Assembly (NCBI GenBank): GCA_049322655.1
Contig: JBMORP010000006.1
Location: forward strand, 384,410-448,409
Reading direction: 5' to 3'
From: Patescibacteria group bacterium
Lineage (GTDB): Bacteria; Patescibacteriota; Microgenomatia; UBA1400; PJMF01
Length of the DNA: 64,000 nucleotides
Shown here: piece by piece, positions 40,717 to 49,297 of the stretch
How the letters are laid out: each line of letters starts with the position of its first letter
Position numbering within the stretch: the first letter of the stretch is position 1
Made by a program: the position numbers and the translations under genes
The notes under the pieces: model-generated
The model's input: the letters and a program-made list of their open reading frames with translations, nothing else
Told to the model about the DNA's origin: nothing
Databases searched by the model: none

Positions 40717-41361
40717 GTGCCCTTGCTACCAAACCTCTTCAAACTGCTTTTTCCTCAGGCTTGTGTGATTTGCCAAAAAGAGAACTCTTTATTTTGTCCA
40801 GCCTGTCAAAACCAAATTGATTTTCTTTATTTTTCTCCTCAGCTAGAATCTCTTACCTATTATCAAACTAATCTTCAAGCCGTAGGATTTTATGTTGATC
40901 CACTAGCCAGTGTAATTAAAAAATATAAATATCAGGGCATTTATGAGTTAGCTCCAACTCTAGCTCAGTTACTCTACAAGCATCTTAAGTTTTCTGCTCA
41001 ACTTGACTACATCACTTATATCCCTTTGCATCCTAAAAAACAAAGACTCAGAGGCTTTAATCAGACCGAACTAATTGCCAAAGAATTAAGTTTATTAATT
41101 AATAAACCAGTCATTAATTTGTTTCATAGAAAATTTCACACTCAAAGTTTAGCTTCAACCAAAAATCAACAAGTTAGAGCAGAAGTTACCCAAAATGTTT
41201 TTAAGTTACAATATCAAGATTTGTCTTTTCTAAAAAGTAAACAACTATTAATTATCGATGACGTGGTCACCAGTGGGAATACTTTTGCTAGTTGTTTAAA
41301 ACTTTTAGAACCTTTGAAAATCAATAAAATTCAACTGATGACTTTAGCTCATGAGGGGTGA
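40717..41361 (+). CDS. comF: ComF family protein (Zn-finger plus PRTase)
   Basis: CVIC...CPAC, IPLH.....RGFNQ, IIDDVVTSGNT; start moved downstream of the tRNA. Confidence 0.88.
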   Translation: MPLLPNLFKLLFPQACVICQKENSLFCPACQNQIDFLYFSPQLESLTYYQTNLQAVGFYVDPLASVIKKYKYQGIYELAPTLAQLLYKHLKFSAQLDYITYIPLHPKKQRLRGFNQTELIAKELSLLINKPVINLFHRKFHTQSLASTKNQQVRAEVTQNVFKLQYQDLSFLKSKQLLIIDDVVTSGNTFASCLKLLEPLKINKIQLMTLAHEG

Positions 41362-42129
41362 ATCAGTCAGTTTAAATGTTTGAATTGATAAAAATCCTTG
41401 AGCAAAAAGACCATAAGCGTCTGGTTTCTGTCTAACCTCTTGCCGAAGCAAATTATGAATCATCTCGGCTGTAGGAATTTTTTGAACAATAAATTGATAA
41501 AGTAAATAATAACCATCAGAATCATTAATTAAAAATGGTTCGGTGTCATTTTCCAAATACAACCTAAACTCCAACCTTTTATCTATACCAATGCCTAACA
41601 TGTCTAGCCCTGGATTCATGTTTTCAGAAAAATTAGTCACAACTTCAGTCATCGTCAAAGCTGGATAATCTGCTTCAATTCTGATATCGCCCATAGTGAT
41701 CCCTTGCTTATCGGCCACCCCAAACACCACATCCCAACTAGCTAAAAAAGGTTGGTTGTATCTTGAAAAAATCTCCTGGTGAACTTTTCTCAAATCTTGA
41801 ATTTCTCCATTCCTGCTGGGTTTCAAAAAATGTTGACCATTGGCTGCGAAAGCAACATCAGAAGCATAAAAAGCCAAATTTTTTTCTTGTTTTTCTGGTT
41901 TTAAATGTTCCAAAACTCTTCTGAGTTTGAATAAAACTGCTTCAAAAGGATTCTCACTAGCCGGTTCTGGCTGAAACTCAACTTGATCAGATGGTTTTTC
42001 CGGATCAATAAAATCAATTCTTTCTTCAGATAAACCAAGTAACGCCATAGCCAAAGGTGCTAGTTCCTTGTGGCTAGTAGCAAAAATTAAAGCTTCATAT
42101 TCTTGGGGGAAGATTTGTGGTTCAGACAT
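41344..42129 (-). CDS. Hypothetical protein, possibly divergent Maf/ITPase fold
   Basis: LIFATS near the N-terminus; FYASDVAFAANGQHFLKP resembles Maf VIGADT.V..DG.ILGKP. Confidence 0.45.
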   Translation of the reverse strand: MSEPQIFPQEYEALIFATSHKELAPLAMALLGLSEERIDFIDPEKPSDQVEFQPEPASENPFEAVLFKLRRVLEHLKPEKQEKNLAFYASDVAFAANGQHFLKPSRNGEIQDLRKVHQEIFSRYNQPFLASWDVVFGVADKQGITMGDIRIEADYPALTMTEVVTNFSENMNPGLDMLGIGIDKRLEFRLYLENDTEPFLINDSDGYYLLYQFIVQKIPTAEMIHNLLRQEVRQKPDAYGLFAQGFLSIQTFKLTDSPLMS

Positions 42130-42199
42130 TGCTTTTTTTAAATCACTGTGTATCTTTCGTACCAGCGACTTTTTCTAAAGAAAAAGATCGGGTCCGAAA

Positions 42200-42300
42200 T
42201 AAAAAAGAGCACCCCTTCGCTTTCGGCTCAGCTTGGTGTCCATCCTGGCCTTTCCACCAGGAATCGTTACTTGGGAGCGAAAGCACTTGTGCCCTCGCAA
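42200..42300 (-). ncRNA. Candidate structured RNA or leader
   Basis: GC-rich nested stems GGGCAC/GTGCTC, GCTTTCG/CGAAAGC, TCCTGG/CCAGGA ending in T6; TGGTATAAT just upstream. Confidence 0.5.
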
Positions 42301-42366
42301 TTTCTGTTATAAAAAGAATTATACCACATTATTATTTTTTTAGCAAATAATTATAGGATATTGCTC

Positions 42367-42395
42367 TTGAGTTTTTCTGACAAAAAAGATATAAT
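42367..42395 (+). promoter_or_regulatory. Promoter for tmRNA
   Basis: TTGAGT-17 nt-TATAAT. Confidence 0.65.
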
Positions 42396-42406
42396 CTGGT
42401 CTTCAC

Positions 42407-42817
42407 GGGGATGTAAAGCATCGACGTAACCGCTCTTTACCAATTGCAGACCATCTTTGACCAAGAAAGATGTAAAACAGGGTCAAAAACACAACTGCCA
42501 ATTCATTGCGCAGCAAAGTTGCTAATTTCGTAAATGAAGCCGTTACCGGTTTCAAATCCGCTTTTGCAACTCCAGCTCAGCTTTACGCTTAACTGGTATT
42601 CACAAGAGGGCTCTCATTGACGGAACCTTGTGGGTAACAACCTAGTCGATGTGCAGAAAGATATAATTACACGCTATTTTTCGAAGCAATTTGTGTAGAT
42701 TTCTTAAGGAAGGTCTGAAAGTTCACCTCTTAGGAAATATCAAAGACTTTCTAAGTCTGTAGAAGTTGGCAAAACGTGAGTTCACGGACGGGGGTTCATT
42801 GCCCCCCATCTCCACCA
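42407..42817 (+). ncRNA. ssrA: tmRNA
   Basis: 5' GGGGATGTAAAGCATCGAC; 3' GGACGGGGGTTCATTGCCCCCCATCTCCACCA; G3.U70 acceptor pair; tag ORF 42497-42592 ending LYA*. Confidence 0.93.
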
Positions 42818-42824
42818 AAAAATC

Positions 42825-43082
42825 ATGCTTAAACCTTGGTTCGTTTATATTGTTCGCTGTGCTGATAACACTCTCTATACTGGCATTTCCGATAACCTAG
42901 CAACCAGAATTAATAAACACAATGCGGGTAAAGGTGCCAAATATACCAAAGGCAGAAGTCCTGTAACCTTAATTTACCAAGAAAAATGCGCTGATAGATC
43001 TACTGCTAGCCAAAGGGAAGCCGCCATCAAAAAATTAACCAAATCAGCAAAATTAAAATTACTCTCCAGTTTGGGTACTTAA
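42825..43082 (+). CDS. GIY-YIG nuclease family protein (UPF0213-like)
   Basis: VYIVRCADNTLYTG, R...HN.GKGAKYTKGR.P, REAAIKKL. Confidence 0.9.
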   Translation: MLKPWFVYIVRCADNTLYTGISDNLATRINKHNAGKGAKYTKGRSPVTLIYQEKCADRSTASQREAAIKKLTKSAKLKLLSSLGT

Positions 43083-45218
43083 AAACTCCTGGATTTTCTG
43101 TAAATAAACCTCACGTGGTTTGCTGCCTTCTGGTGGTCCCACCATTCCAGCTTCATAAAGCTGGTCTAAAATTCTGGCAGCTCTCGCATAGCCTACTGAT
43201 AAACGCCTCTGAATAAGTGAAGAAGAAGCTTTGTCATATTTGGAAAATAATCTAGCTGCCTCCAAAAACAAATCATCTCGATCTTCACCTGCGGTACCAC
43301 CAGATCCCCCAGAGATAGCCCCTGCTTTGTATTTGGTAGTGATTTCCTCCTTATATTCTGGTTCTTTACCTTGGGAACGCAAGAAATCTGTTAAAGCCTT
43401 GGTTTCATGTTCAGAAATGTAAGTTCCTTGAATACGAACTGGTTTAGCTTTATCTGGAGGTAGATACAACATATCACCTCGACCAAGTAGTTTTTCAGCT
43501 CCTTGTCCATCAAGAATAACTCTCGAATCAGTTTGAGAAGAAACATTAAAAGCAATTCTAGTGGGGATATTAGCTTTAATTAACCCAGTGATCACATCTA
43601 CAGAAGGTCTTTGAGTGGCTAAAACTAAATGAATACCTACAGCCCGAGCCATTTGCGCAATTCTGGTAATACTTTCTTCAACTTCATTGGGAGCAAACAA
43701 CATTACATCAGCTAACTCATCGATCACAATCACTACACTTGGCATCGCAGTTAAACCAGCTAATTCATTGTAAGAATCGATGTTCTTCACTCCGACTTCA
43801 GCCAGTTGCTTATACCGATCCTCCATTAATTTCACTGCCCACTTCAAAGCAGAAACTACCTTACTGGGCTCAACAATTACTGGAGTCAACAGGTGAGGAA
43901 TATCATTATAACCAGTTAACTCTACTCGTTTTGGATCAACCAAAATAAACTTCACTTCATCTGGACTAGATCGAAATAAAATTGAACTCATAAAAGCATT
44001 GATTGCCACAGACTTACCAGAACCGGTTGCACCAGCAATTAAGACGTGAGGCATCTTTGAAATATCAGCCACAATCGGGTTGCCAGCCACATCAATTCCC
44101 AGTGAAACTGCCAACTTCGATTTGTGGTCTTTCATAGTTTTAGAAGCCAGCATTTCTTTCAAAGTAACAAACTCAGCAGAGTGATTGGGTACTTCAATAC
44201 CAACCAAAGATCGGCCAGCAATTGGTGCCTCAACTCTAATTTGACCAGTTGGAGCTGCCAATGCCAAAGCTAAATCTGTGGCTAAACTGGTAATTTTGGA
44301 TAAGCGAGTACCTTCAGTAATTTTTAAAGCATATTGGGTTACAGCTGGACCATAATTAACCTCTGCAACTGAAGCTTTAATACCAAATGATTCTAAGGTA
44401 TTTTCAATCACTTGAGCATTGGCTTTAACATCACCTCGCTGAGCTTTACCACCGGGCTTACTTGAAAGTAAAGCTAAAGGAGGATATTCCCATAGTACTG
44501 GTGTGTTTTTGGGCATCATCGCTGTCTGTTTGAGCAAGTTACGACCTTCAACTGGTTTCTTCTCAGGAATGTCTGGAATCGATGATTTCGTCTTAGGCAG
44601 CTCTTCTTCAACTAACTCAGGCTCTCTAGCATCATTAACCACAAAATTCTTTTTGCCCATTCCAGGAATATGTAGTTTGGGTAAATTGAAACCCTTTTTG
44701 GTATCAGCAGCAAATAGGTTTTTTGCCTCTTGAACAGCTTCTTTATCTGTTTTCTTTTTGGCTAAAAACTTAACTACTTCAGCTACTGACCACCGAGTCA
44801 TCACCAAAAAACCTACCACCCCTATCGCAAAAAATAAAATATAAGTACCAATAGCCGTTAGTAACACAGCAAAGTTGGTAAATAAAGCTTCACCAATCTC
44901 ACCAGTTTTACCTACCCCCAAAGTGGCTAACATTAATAATAAAGTACCCAATAAAACATGGGGCTTAGACCAAGTCCATTTGGCTCTCAGCATAGCTAAA
45001 CCAGCCGAGATAAACACAAAAGGCATAAATAACATGGCTAAACCAAGTTTTTGACTGAAAAAATCATTAACCTTTTGTAACAACTCACCCTGACCAGAAA
45101 AAGAAACCATAATCATTACTCCAATAACCATTAAAATCACTGCCATTACGGAGTTGGTTGTTTCTGGTGGAATCACCACCTTGAGCTGATTTTTTTTACG
45201 TCTTCTTTTTTTAGCCAT
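43059..45218 (-). CDS. ftsK: DNA translocase FtsK/SpoIIIE
   Basis: N-terminal TMs, GATGSGKS, IDELAD, LATQRPSVDV, gamma domain QRRLSVGYARAAR. Confidence 0.96.
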   Translation of the reverse strand: MAKKRRRKKNQLKVVIPPETTNSVMAVILMVIGVMIMVSFSGQGELLQKVNDFFSQKLGLAMLFMPFVFISAGLAMLRAKWTWSKPHVLLGTLLLMLATLGVGKTGEIGEALFTNFAVLLTAIGTYILFFAIGVVGFLVMTRWSVAEVVKFLAKKKTDKEAVQEAKNLFAADTKKGFNLPKLHIPGMGKKNFVVNDAREPELVEEELPKTKSSIPDIPEKKPVEGRNLLKQTAMMPKNTPVLWEYPPLALLSSKPGGKAQRGDVKANAQVIENTLESFGIKASVAEVNYGPAVTQYALKITEGTRLSKITSLATDLALALAAPTGQIRVEAPIAGRSLVGIEVPNHSAEFVTLKEMLASKTMKDHKSKLAVSLGIDVAGNPIVADISKMPHVLIAGATGSGKSVAINAFMSSILFRSSPDEVKFILVDPKRVELTGYNDIPHLLTPVIVEPSKVVSALKWAVKLMEDRYKQLAEVGVKNIDSYNELAGLTAMPSVVIVIDELADVMLFAPNEVEESITRIAQMARAVGIHLVLATQRPSVDVITGLIKANIPTRIAFNVSSQTDSRVILDGQGAEKLLGRGDMLYLPPDKAKPVRIQGTYISEHETKALTDFLRSQGKEPEYKEEITTKYKAGAISGGSGGTAGEDRDDLFLEAARLFSKYDKASSSLIQRRLSVGYARAARILDQLYEAGMVGPPEGSKPREVYLQKIQEFLSTQTGE

Positions 45219-45348
45219 AATCATCCCATTTGGGGATAATCTCATTTATAAAAGTTATAGGATATTTCTTGGCTAATGTCAAGTAGTCAAAAAACCACTC
45301 AACCTCAAGGTCTATCGCCAATCCAATATAACATAGCCAGAAGACGGC

Positions 45349-47019
45349 TTACACATCCAAAATTACTGGAATGATCATCGGTTCTCGACGAATTATCTTG
45401 TATAACTTACGAGCTAACCTTCTTTCAATTAACTTGAGTCGATCGTCGTCTTTAGTAATTTTCTTTTGATCAGCTTGTTCCAAAACATTAACTGTTTCTT
45501 GCTTAATAAAATCAATTACTTCACTAGCCTCCTTCATGAATACAAACCCCTTAGAAACTACTTGCATCTTGGCTAAATCCAACCGACCATTAGTTCTGGG
45601 TAAGATTAAAACAATCATTCCTGCTTGAGACAAAGATCTTCGATCTGACAAAACTGTTGGCCCGACATCACCAATTCCCAAACCATCAACAGCTCGAGGT
45701 TTAATTGAAATATGGTCAACTATTTTTACTTCGCCATTACTAATTCCCAAAACTTCTTCATGAGCTGGAATAATCGTAAATTCTTTTTTATAACCCAAAG
45801 CTTGAGAAACATATTCTCTAAACTTGGCTCGATGACGATCCTCCCCCCCAATCGGCATTAGGTACTTGGCATGCAAAAGTTTGGCCACTTCTCTTTGTTC
45901 AGCAGCACTGGCATGACCTGATTTATGTAAGTCTTGATTAACATCTGGGTAAACAACCACAATGCCATTGCTCGCCAATTCGTTAATTGCACGATAATAA
46001 GGAATTTCGTTACCAGGAATAACATTAGCAGAAAAAACTACTTTGTCGTCTGGTAAGATTTGAATTTGGCGATGTTCACCGAACACAGCTCTAATCAGAG
46101 ATGAGCCTTCTTGACCTTGACTACCGGCAATAACCACACAGAGCTCTTTGTCTCTATATTGATCAATATCTCGCTTATCAATCATGGTGTTAGCTGGCAT
46201 CTGTAGTTTATTAAGCTCCATGGCAATCTTGACGTTTTGTTCTACAGATCGACCAATAAAAGCCACTTTTCTATCTTGTCTTTTAGCAGCATCCACTATT
46301 TGCTGAATCCGATGAATATGAGAACTCATCAACGTTACAATATACTTACCTTTAGTATTAATCATTAACTTCTCTAATTCTGGTCCAGTTTCTGCTTCAG
46401 AAGGAGTTCTTTCTAAACTTTCAACTCTTAAACAGTCCAGTAAAGCCAAAGTAATTCCTTTTTCAGCTACTTTTTTCATGGTTGCTAGGTCAGTTTTCAC
46501 TCCATCAATGGGGTGATCATCCAACTTAAAGTCTGAGCCGTGATAAATAATGCCTTCAGGGGTTTCAATCACCAAGTGTTTGGTATCTGGAACTGAGTGA
46601 GTAACTGCCACCGTCATCACTGAAAAATATTGACCAAATTTAACTGGCTCCAAGTCTCTAAATACATTCAAAGGAGCATCGACATTTTCATCTTGAAGTT
46701 TTTTATTAATGAAACCAACTGTTAATTGAGAACCCCAAATCTGAGGTATCTCTGCTAGTTCTGGCAAAATATATGGTAAAGCACCCATATGATCTTCGTG
46801 ACCATGGGAAATAGCAATACCAACTATTTTTTTACCTTTAGCTAACTCTTCATGCAAATAGCTAGTATCTGGAATTAAGGTATCAACACCAGGCATATAT
46901 TCATCTGGAAAACCAATTCCACAATCAACGATTAAGATTTCGTTTTCGTATTCATATAAATACATATTTTGGGTTACTTTTCCTAGGCCACCCAAGGGCA
47001 CAATTCTAAGTTCTGACAT
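45349..47019 (-). CDS. rnj: Ribonuclease J
   Basis: PLGGLG, SHGHEDH, THSVPD, GSQG, HKSGHA. Confidence 0.94.
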   Translation of the reverse strand: MSELRIVPLGGLGKVTQNMYLYEYENEILIVDCGIGFPDEYMPGVDTLIPDTSYLHEELAKGKKIVGIAISHGHEDHMGALPYILPELAEIPQIWGSQLTVGFINKKLQDENVDAPLNVFRDLEPVKFGQYFSVMTVAVTHSVPDTKHLVIETPEGIIYHGSDFKLDDHPIDGVKTDLATMKKVAEKGITLALLDCLRVESLERTPSEAETGPELEKLMINTKGKYIVTLMSSHIHRIQQIVDAAKRQDRKVAFIGRSVEQNVKIAMELNKLQMPANTMIDKRDIDQYRDKELCVVIAGSQGQEGSSLIRAVFGEHRQIQILPDDKVVFSANVIPGNEIPYYRAINELASNGIVVVYPDVNQDLHKSGHASAAEQREVAKLLHAKYLMPIGGEDRHRAKFREYVSQALGYKKEFTIIPAHEEVLGISNGEVKIVDHISIKPRAVDGLGIGDVGPTVLSDRRSLSQAGMIVLILPRTNGRLDLAKMQVVSKGFVFMKEASEVIDFIKQETVNVLEQADQKKITKDDDRLKLIERRLARKLYKIIRREPMIIPVILDV

Positions 47020-47037
47020 AATTTTTTCCTTTCAAAG

Positions 47038-47664
47038 CTAAAATAAAATGTCTTTAATATTTCCTTTTAATTTTTCGGTTTTATTTTGTTCAACCAACCA
47101 ACTTAAGATCTTTGGTAACTTTTTAAAATCATAAGTAAATGATTCCATCATTTTAGTAGAACGTAAAGCTGCAGCCGGATGGTACATCGGTAACACAAAA
47201 AGATCTTTACCTTCCCAAACTACTTTATGTAATCGGCCGTGCACTTGAGAAACTTTTACTTCAGGTAAAAACTTGGCCATACTAAATCTACCCAAAGTAA
47301 CAATGATTTCCGGCTGAATAATCTCAATTTCTCGATTAAGAAATGGTCGATAGGCGGCAATTTCCTGTGGAGTGGGGTCACGGTTTTCTGGTGGACGCAC
47401 TTTGACAATATTACTAATAAAAACTTTGGCTGGTGGTAAACCAATTTCTACTAATTTTTTTCTCAATAGTTGACCAGACCTACCCACAAAAGGCCGACGC
47501 TGGAGAGCTTCCTCACGGCCCGGTGCCTCACCGATACACATAATCTTAGCCTGTGGATCGCCTTCACCATGAACCAAATCTTCTTTCTGATGAGCCAGTG
47601 GCAAAGTTTGAAAAGAATTCTCAAGCGTTTGTTGTAATTCCTCAAGCAAAACAGCTTTGTCCAT
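47038..47664 (-). CDS. Uracil-DNA glycosylase, family 4-like
   Basis: GEAPG..E, PFVGRSG, RPPENRDP, YHPAAAL. Confidence 0.92.
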   Translation of the reverse strand: MDKAVLLEELQQTLENSFQTLPLAHQKEDLVHGEGDPQAKIMCIGEAPGREEALQRRPFVGRSGQLLRKKLVEIGLPPAKVFISNIVKVRPPENRDPTPQEIAAYRPFLNREIEIIQPEIIVTLGRFSMAKFLPEVKVSQVHGRLHKVVWEGKDLFVLPMYHPAAALRSTKMMESFTYDFKKLPKILSWLVEQNKTEKLKGNIKDILF

Positions 47665-47684
47665 ATAGCTATGTATCTTAACAT

Positions 47685-47713
47685 AAAAGGGAGCCGGTCG
47701 GCTCCCTTTTTTT
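47685..47713. terminator. Hairpin terminator closing the 47.7-51 kb cluster
   Basis: AAAAGGGAGCC-GGTC-GGCTCCCTTTT perfect inverted repeat. Confidence 0.75.
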
Positions 47714-47739
47714 AGGTTTTCTTTTTTTAAAAAGAGGAT

Positions 47740-48051
47740 TTACTCAGACAAATCTTGAGCAAGCTTAACATTATTATATGTAGTCTTAGCTGCAGTTTCT
47801 ATATAGTTGTCTGCTAAATCAGTTAAATCGTCAGCAGCCTTATCCAAAGTATCTGCCATTTCACCATAGGCATAAGCAGAAACTTTTTCAACATCACCCA
47901 TTTTGGCTAACAACTGATCCACTTTACTAATATCTTCAGCTGACATTTGCTCTGGAATTGATGCTAATTCTTGGACAACTGCTTGATAGGTTTCTTCATC
48001 CAAACCTTGATTCTTAAGCTCTTCTAAAAGTTGTGTTTTTGTTGGTCCCAT
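47740..48051 (-). CDS. Hypothetical small acidic helical protein
   Basis: 103 aa, strong SD AAGGAG. Confidence 0.75.
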   Translation of the reverse strand: MGPTKTQLLEELKNQGLDEETYQAVVQELASIPEQMSAEDISKVDQLLAKMGDVEKVSAYAYGEMADTLDKAADDLTDLADNYIETAAKTTYNNVKLAQDLSE

Positions 48052-48084
48052 TATATTGTTCTCCTTTTTTGATTAATAATTATT

Positions 48085-48747
48085 TTATTTGGCAAAATTC
48101 TTTAACCAACCTCTGACACCACCAAGAGATTGAGCATTTTGAGCTGCTTGTTGTTGTTTGGCTCTTTTCTCCAAGGCAGCCTGTTTGATTCTGTCCGCTG
48201 CAGTAACAACTTGCTCACCATCACTCTCTTGGCCTTCTTTAACTATTTGATTAGCTGCTTCTAAAAGAGACTTTACTCCTTCTGCGGCGGCCTTAAGAGC
48301 CGCTAATTTTACTTCTTCAACTTTAGCCTCAGCTCTAGCTGGTAAACTATCAATAAAAGCTGACAACTGATCCATTTTTTCTCCAGCCTTATTGGTTACA
48401 TCATAAGCTCCTTGAATCAAGTCAGCTTTAGCATCAGCTATTCCAACTTCAGCCCTAGTTCGAAGAGCATCCGCCCCATCAACAATCTTACCTGGCCAAG
48501 AAGCAACTTCTCCTGCTCCAGATTTGACTGTATCCCAAGCTTTTGCCCCAACTTCCTTAACCTTTTGCCAACGGGCAGCCCAAGTTTCTCTACTTTCCTG
48601 TCTCTTAGCATCTCTTTCAGCTTGACGTTGCTTGCCAGCATCTCTTTTATCAAAAGAAGTTTCTTTAGCCTTTCTTGCACTTTCTGAAGAGTATGTCTTA
48701 AGTACATCCCCCCTTAAAAATGGTTGTTGTTGTGGTTGTTCTCCCAT
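48085..48747 (-). CDS. Hypothetical Ala/Lys/Glu-rich amphipathic helical protein
   Basis: 220 aa, SD AAAGGA, LEA/apolipoprotein-like composition. Confidence 0.75.
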   Translation of the reverse strand: MGEQPQQQPFLRGDVLKTYSSESARKAKETSFDKRDAGKQRQAERDAKRQESRETWAARWQKVKEVGAKAWDTVKSGAGEVASWPGKIVDGADALRTRAEVGIADAKADLIQGAYDVTNKAGEKMDQLSAFIDSLPARAEAKVEEVKLAALKAAAEGVKSLLEAANQIVKEGQESDGEQVVTAADRIKQAALEKRAKQQQAAQNAQSLGGVRGWLKNFAK

Positions 48748-48778
48748 ATTTTCCTTTGCTTTTTTAATTACTTTGCTA

Positions 48779-49255
48779 CTAACTATTTAGTTTTTCTTTA
48801 TACCTATTCAACAAATCTAATGCAAAAGCTATGCCACTGCGATTACTAACTTTATTAAAGGTAGCAGGTGTTTTAACTGGTTTCAATGAGTTCAAAGCTT
48901 CAATATAAAAGTCAACCTGATCATACTTTGTCACTGGCGCCCTATTTTCAAATAAATCTTTTAAGCTAACATTGTTGATAGTTTTTCCCTCATAACTTTT
49001 GTGACTTTTTGAAAAATCACTCAGTAATTCCAATAGCTCATCTGCATCAGCTGTCTCTACTTTTCGATTATCTGCAAAAGAATCCAATAGTACTTCCAAC
49101 TCTACCAAAGGGTTAATATTAGAACTTGCTTGAGTTGTAACTCCAAAATTATGGCTCAATTTTTGGGCCACCTGTTTTTCAACTTCAACATTAATTAATT
49201 CCTTAATTTGCTTGGCAAATTGATCAAAAACTTGTTGAAATAATTGGTCATTCAT
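48779..49255 (-). CDS. Hypothetical protein
   Basis: 158 aa, N-terminal coiled-coil-like segment, co-oriented in the cluster. Confidence 0.7.
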   Translation of the reverse strand: MNDQLFQQVFDQFAKQIKELINVEVEKQVAQKLSHNFGVTTQASSNINPLVELEVLLDSFADNRKVETADADELLELLSDFSKSHKSYEGKTINNVSLKDLFENRAPVTKYDQVDFYIEALNSLKPVKTPATFNKVSNRSGIAFALDLLNRYKEKLNS

Positions 49256-49297
49256 ATTTATTCATTTTCAATTTATCACCTACTAAATAACTCGCTC

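Noticed and set aside
40608-41361. tRNA-Val as an integration site; ORF-track start of comF at 40675
   Set aside because: No att duplication or mobility genes; the 40675 start lies inside the tRNA, so a downstream GTG was used
42117-42350. 77-aa plus-strand ORF over the candidate RNA
   Set aside because: No recognisable protein features; the region is better explained by a minus-strand structured RNA and divergent promoters
42817-43082. Possible genomic island or homing endonuclease at the tmRNA 3' end
   Set aside because: No integrase and no duplicated ssrA 3' end seen; the GIY-YIG protein is the small standalone type
43059-45218. FtsK as a type VII secretion ATPase serving the helical proteins at 47.7-48.7 kb
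   Set aside because: Single ATPase domain plus DNA-binding gamma domain identifies it as the housekeeping DNA translocase
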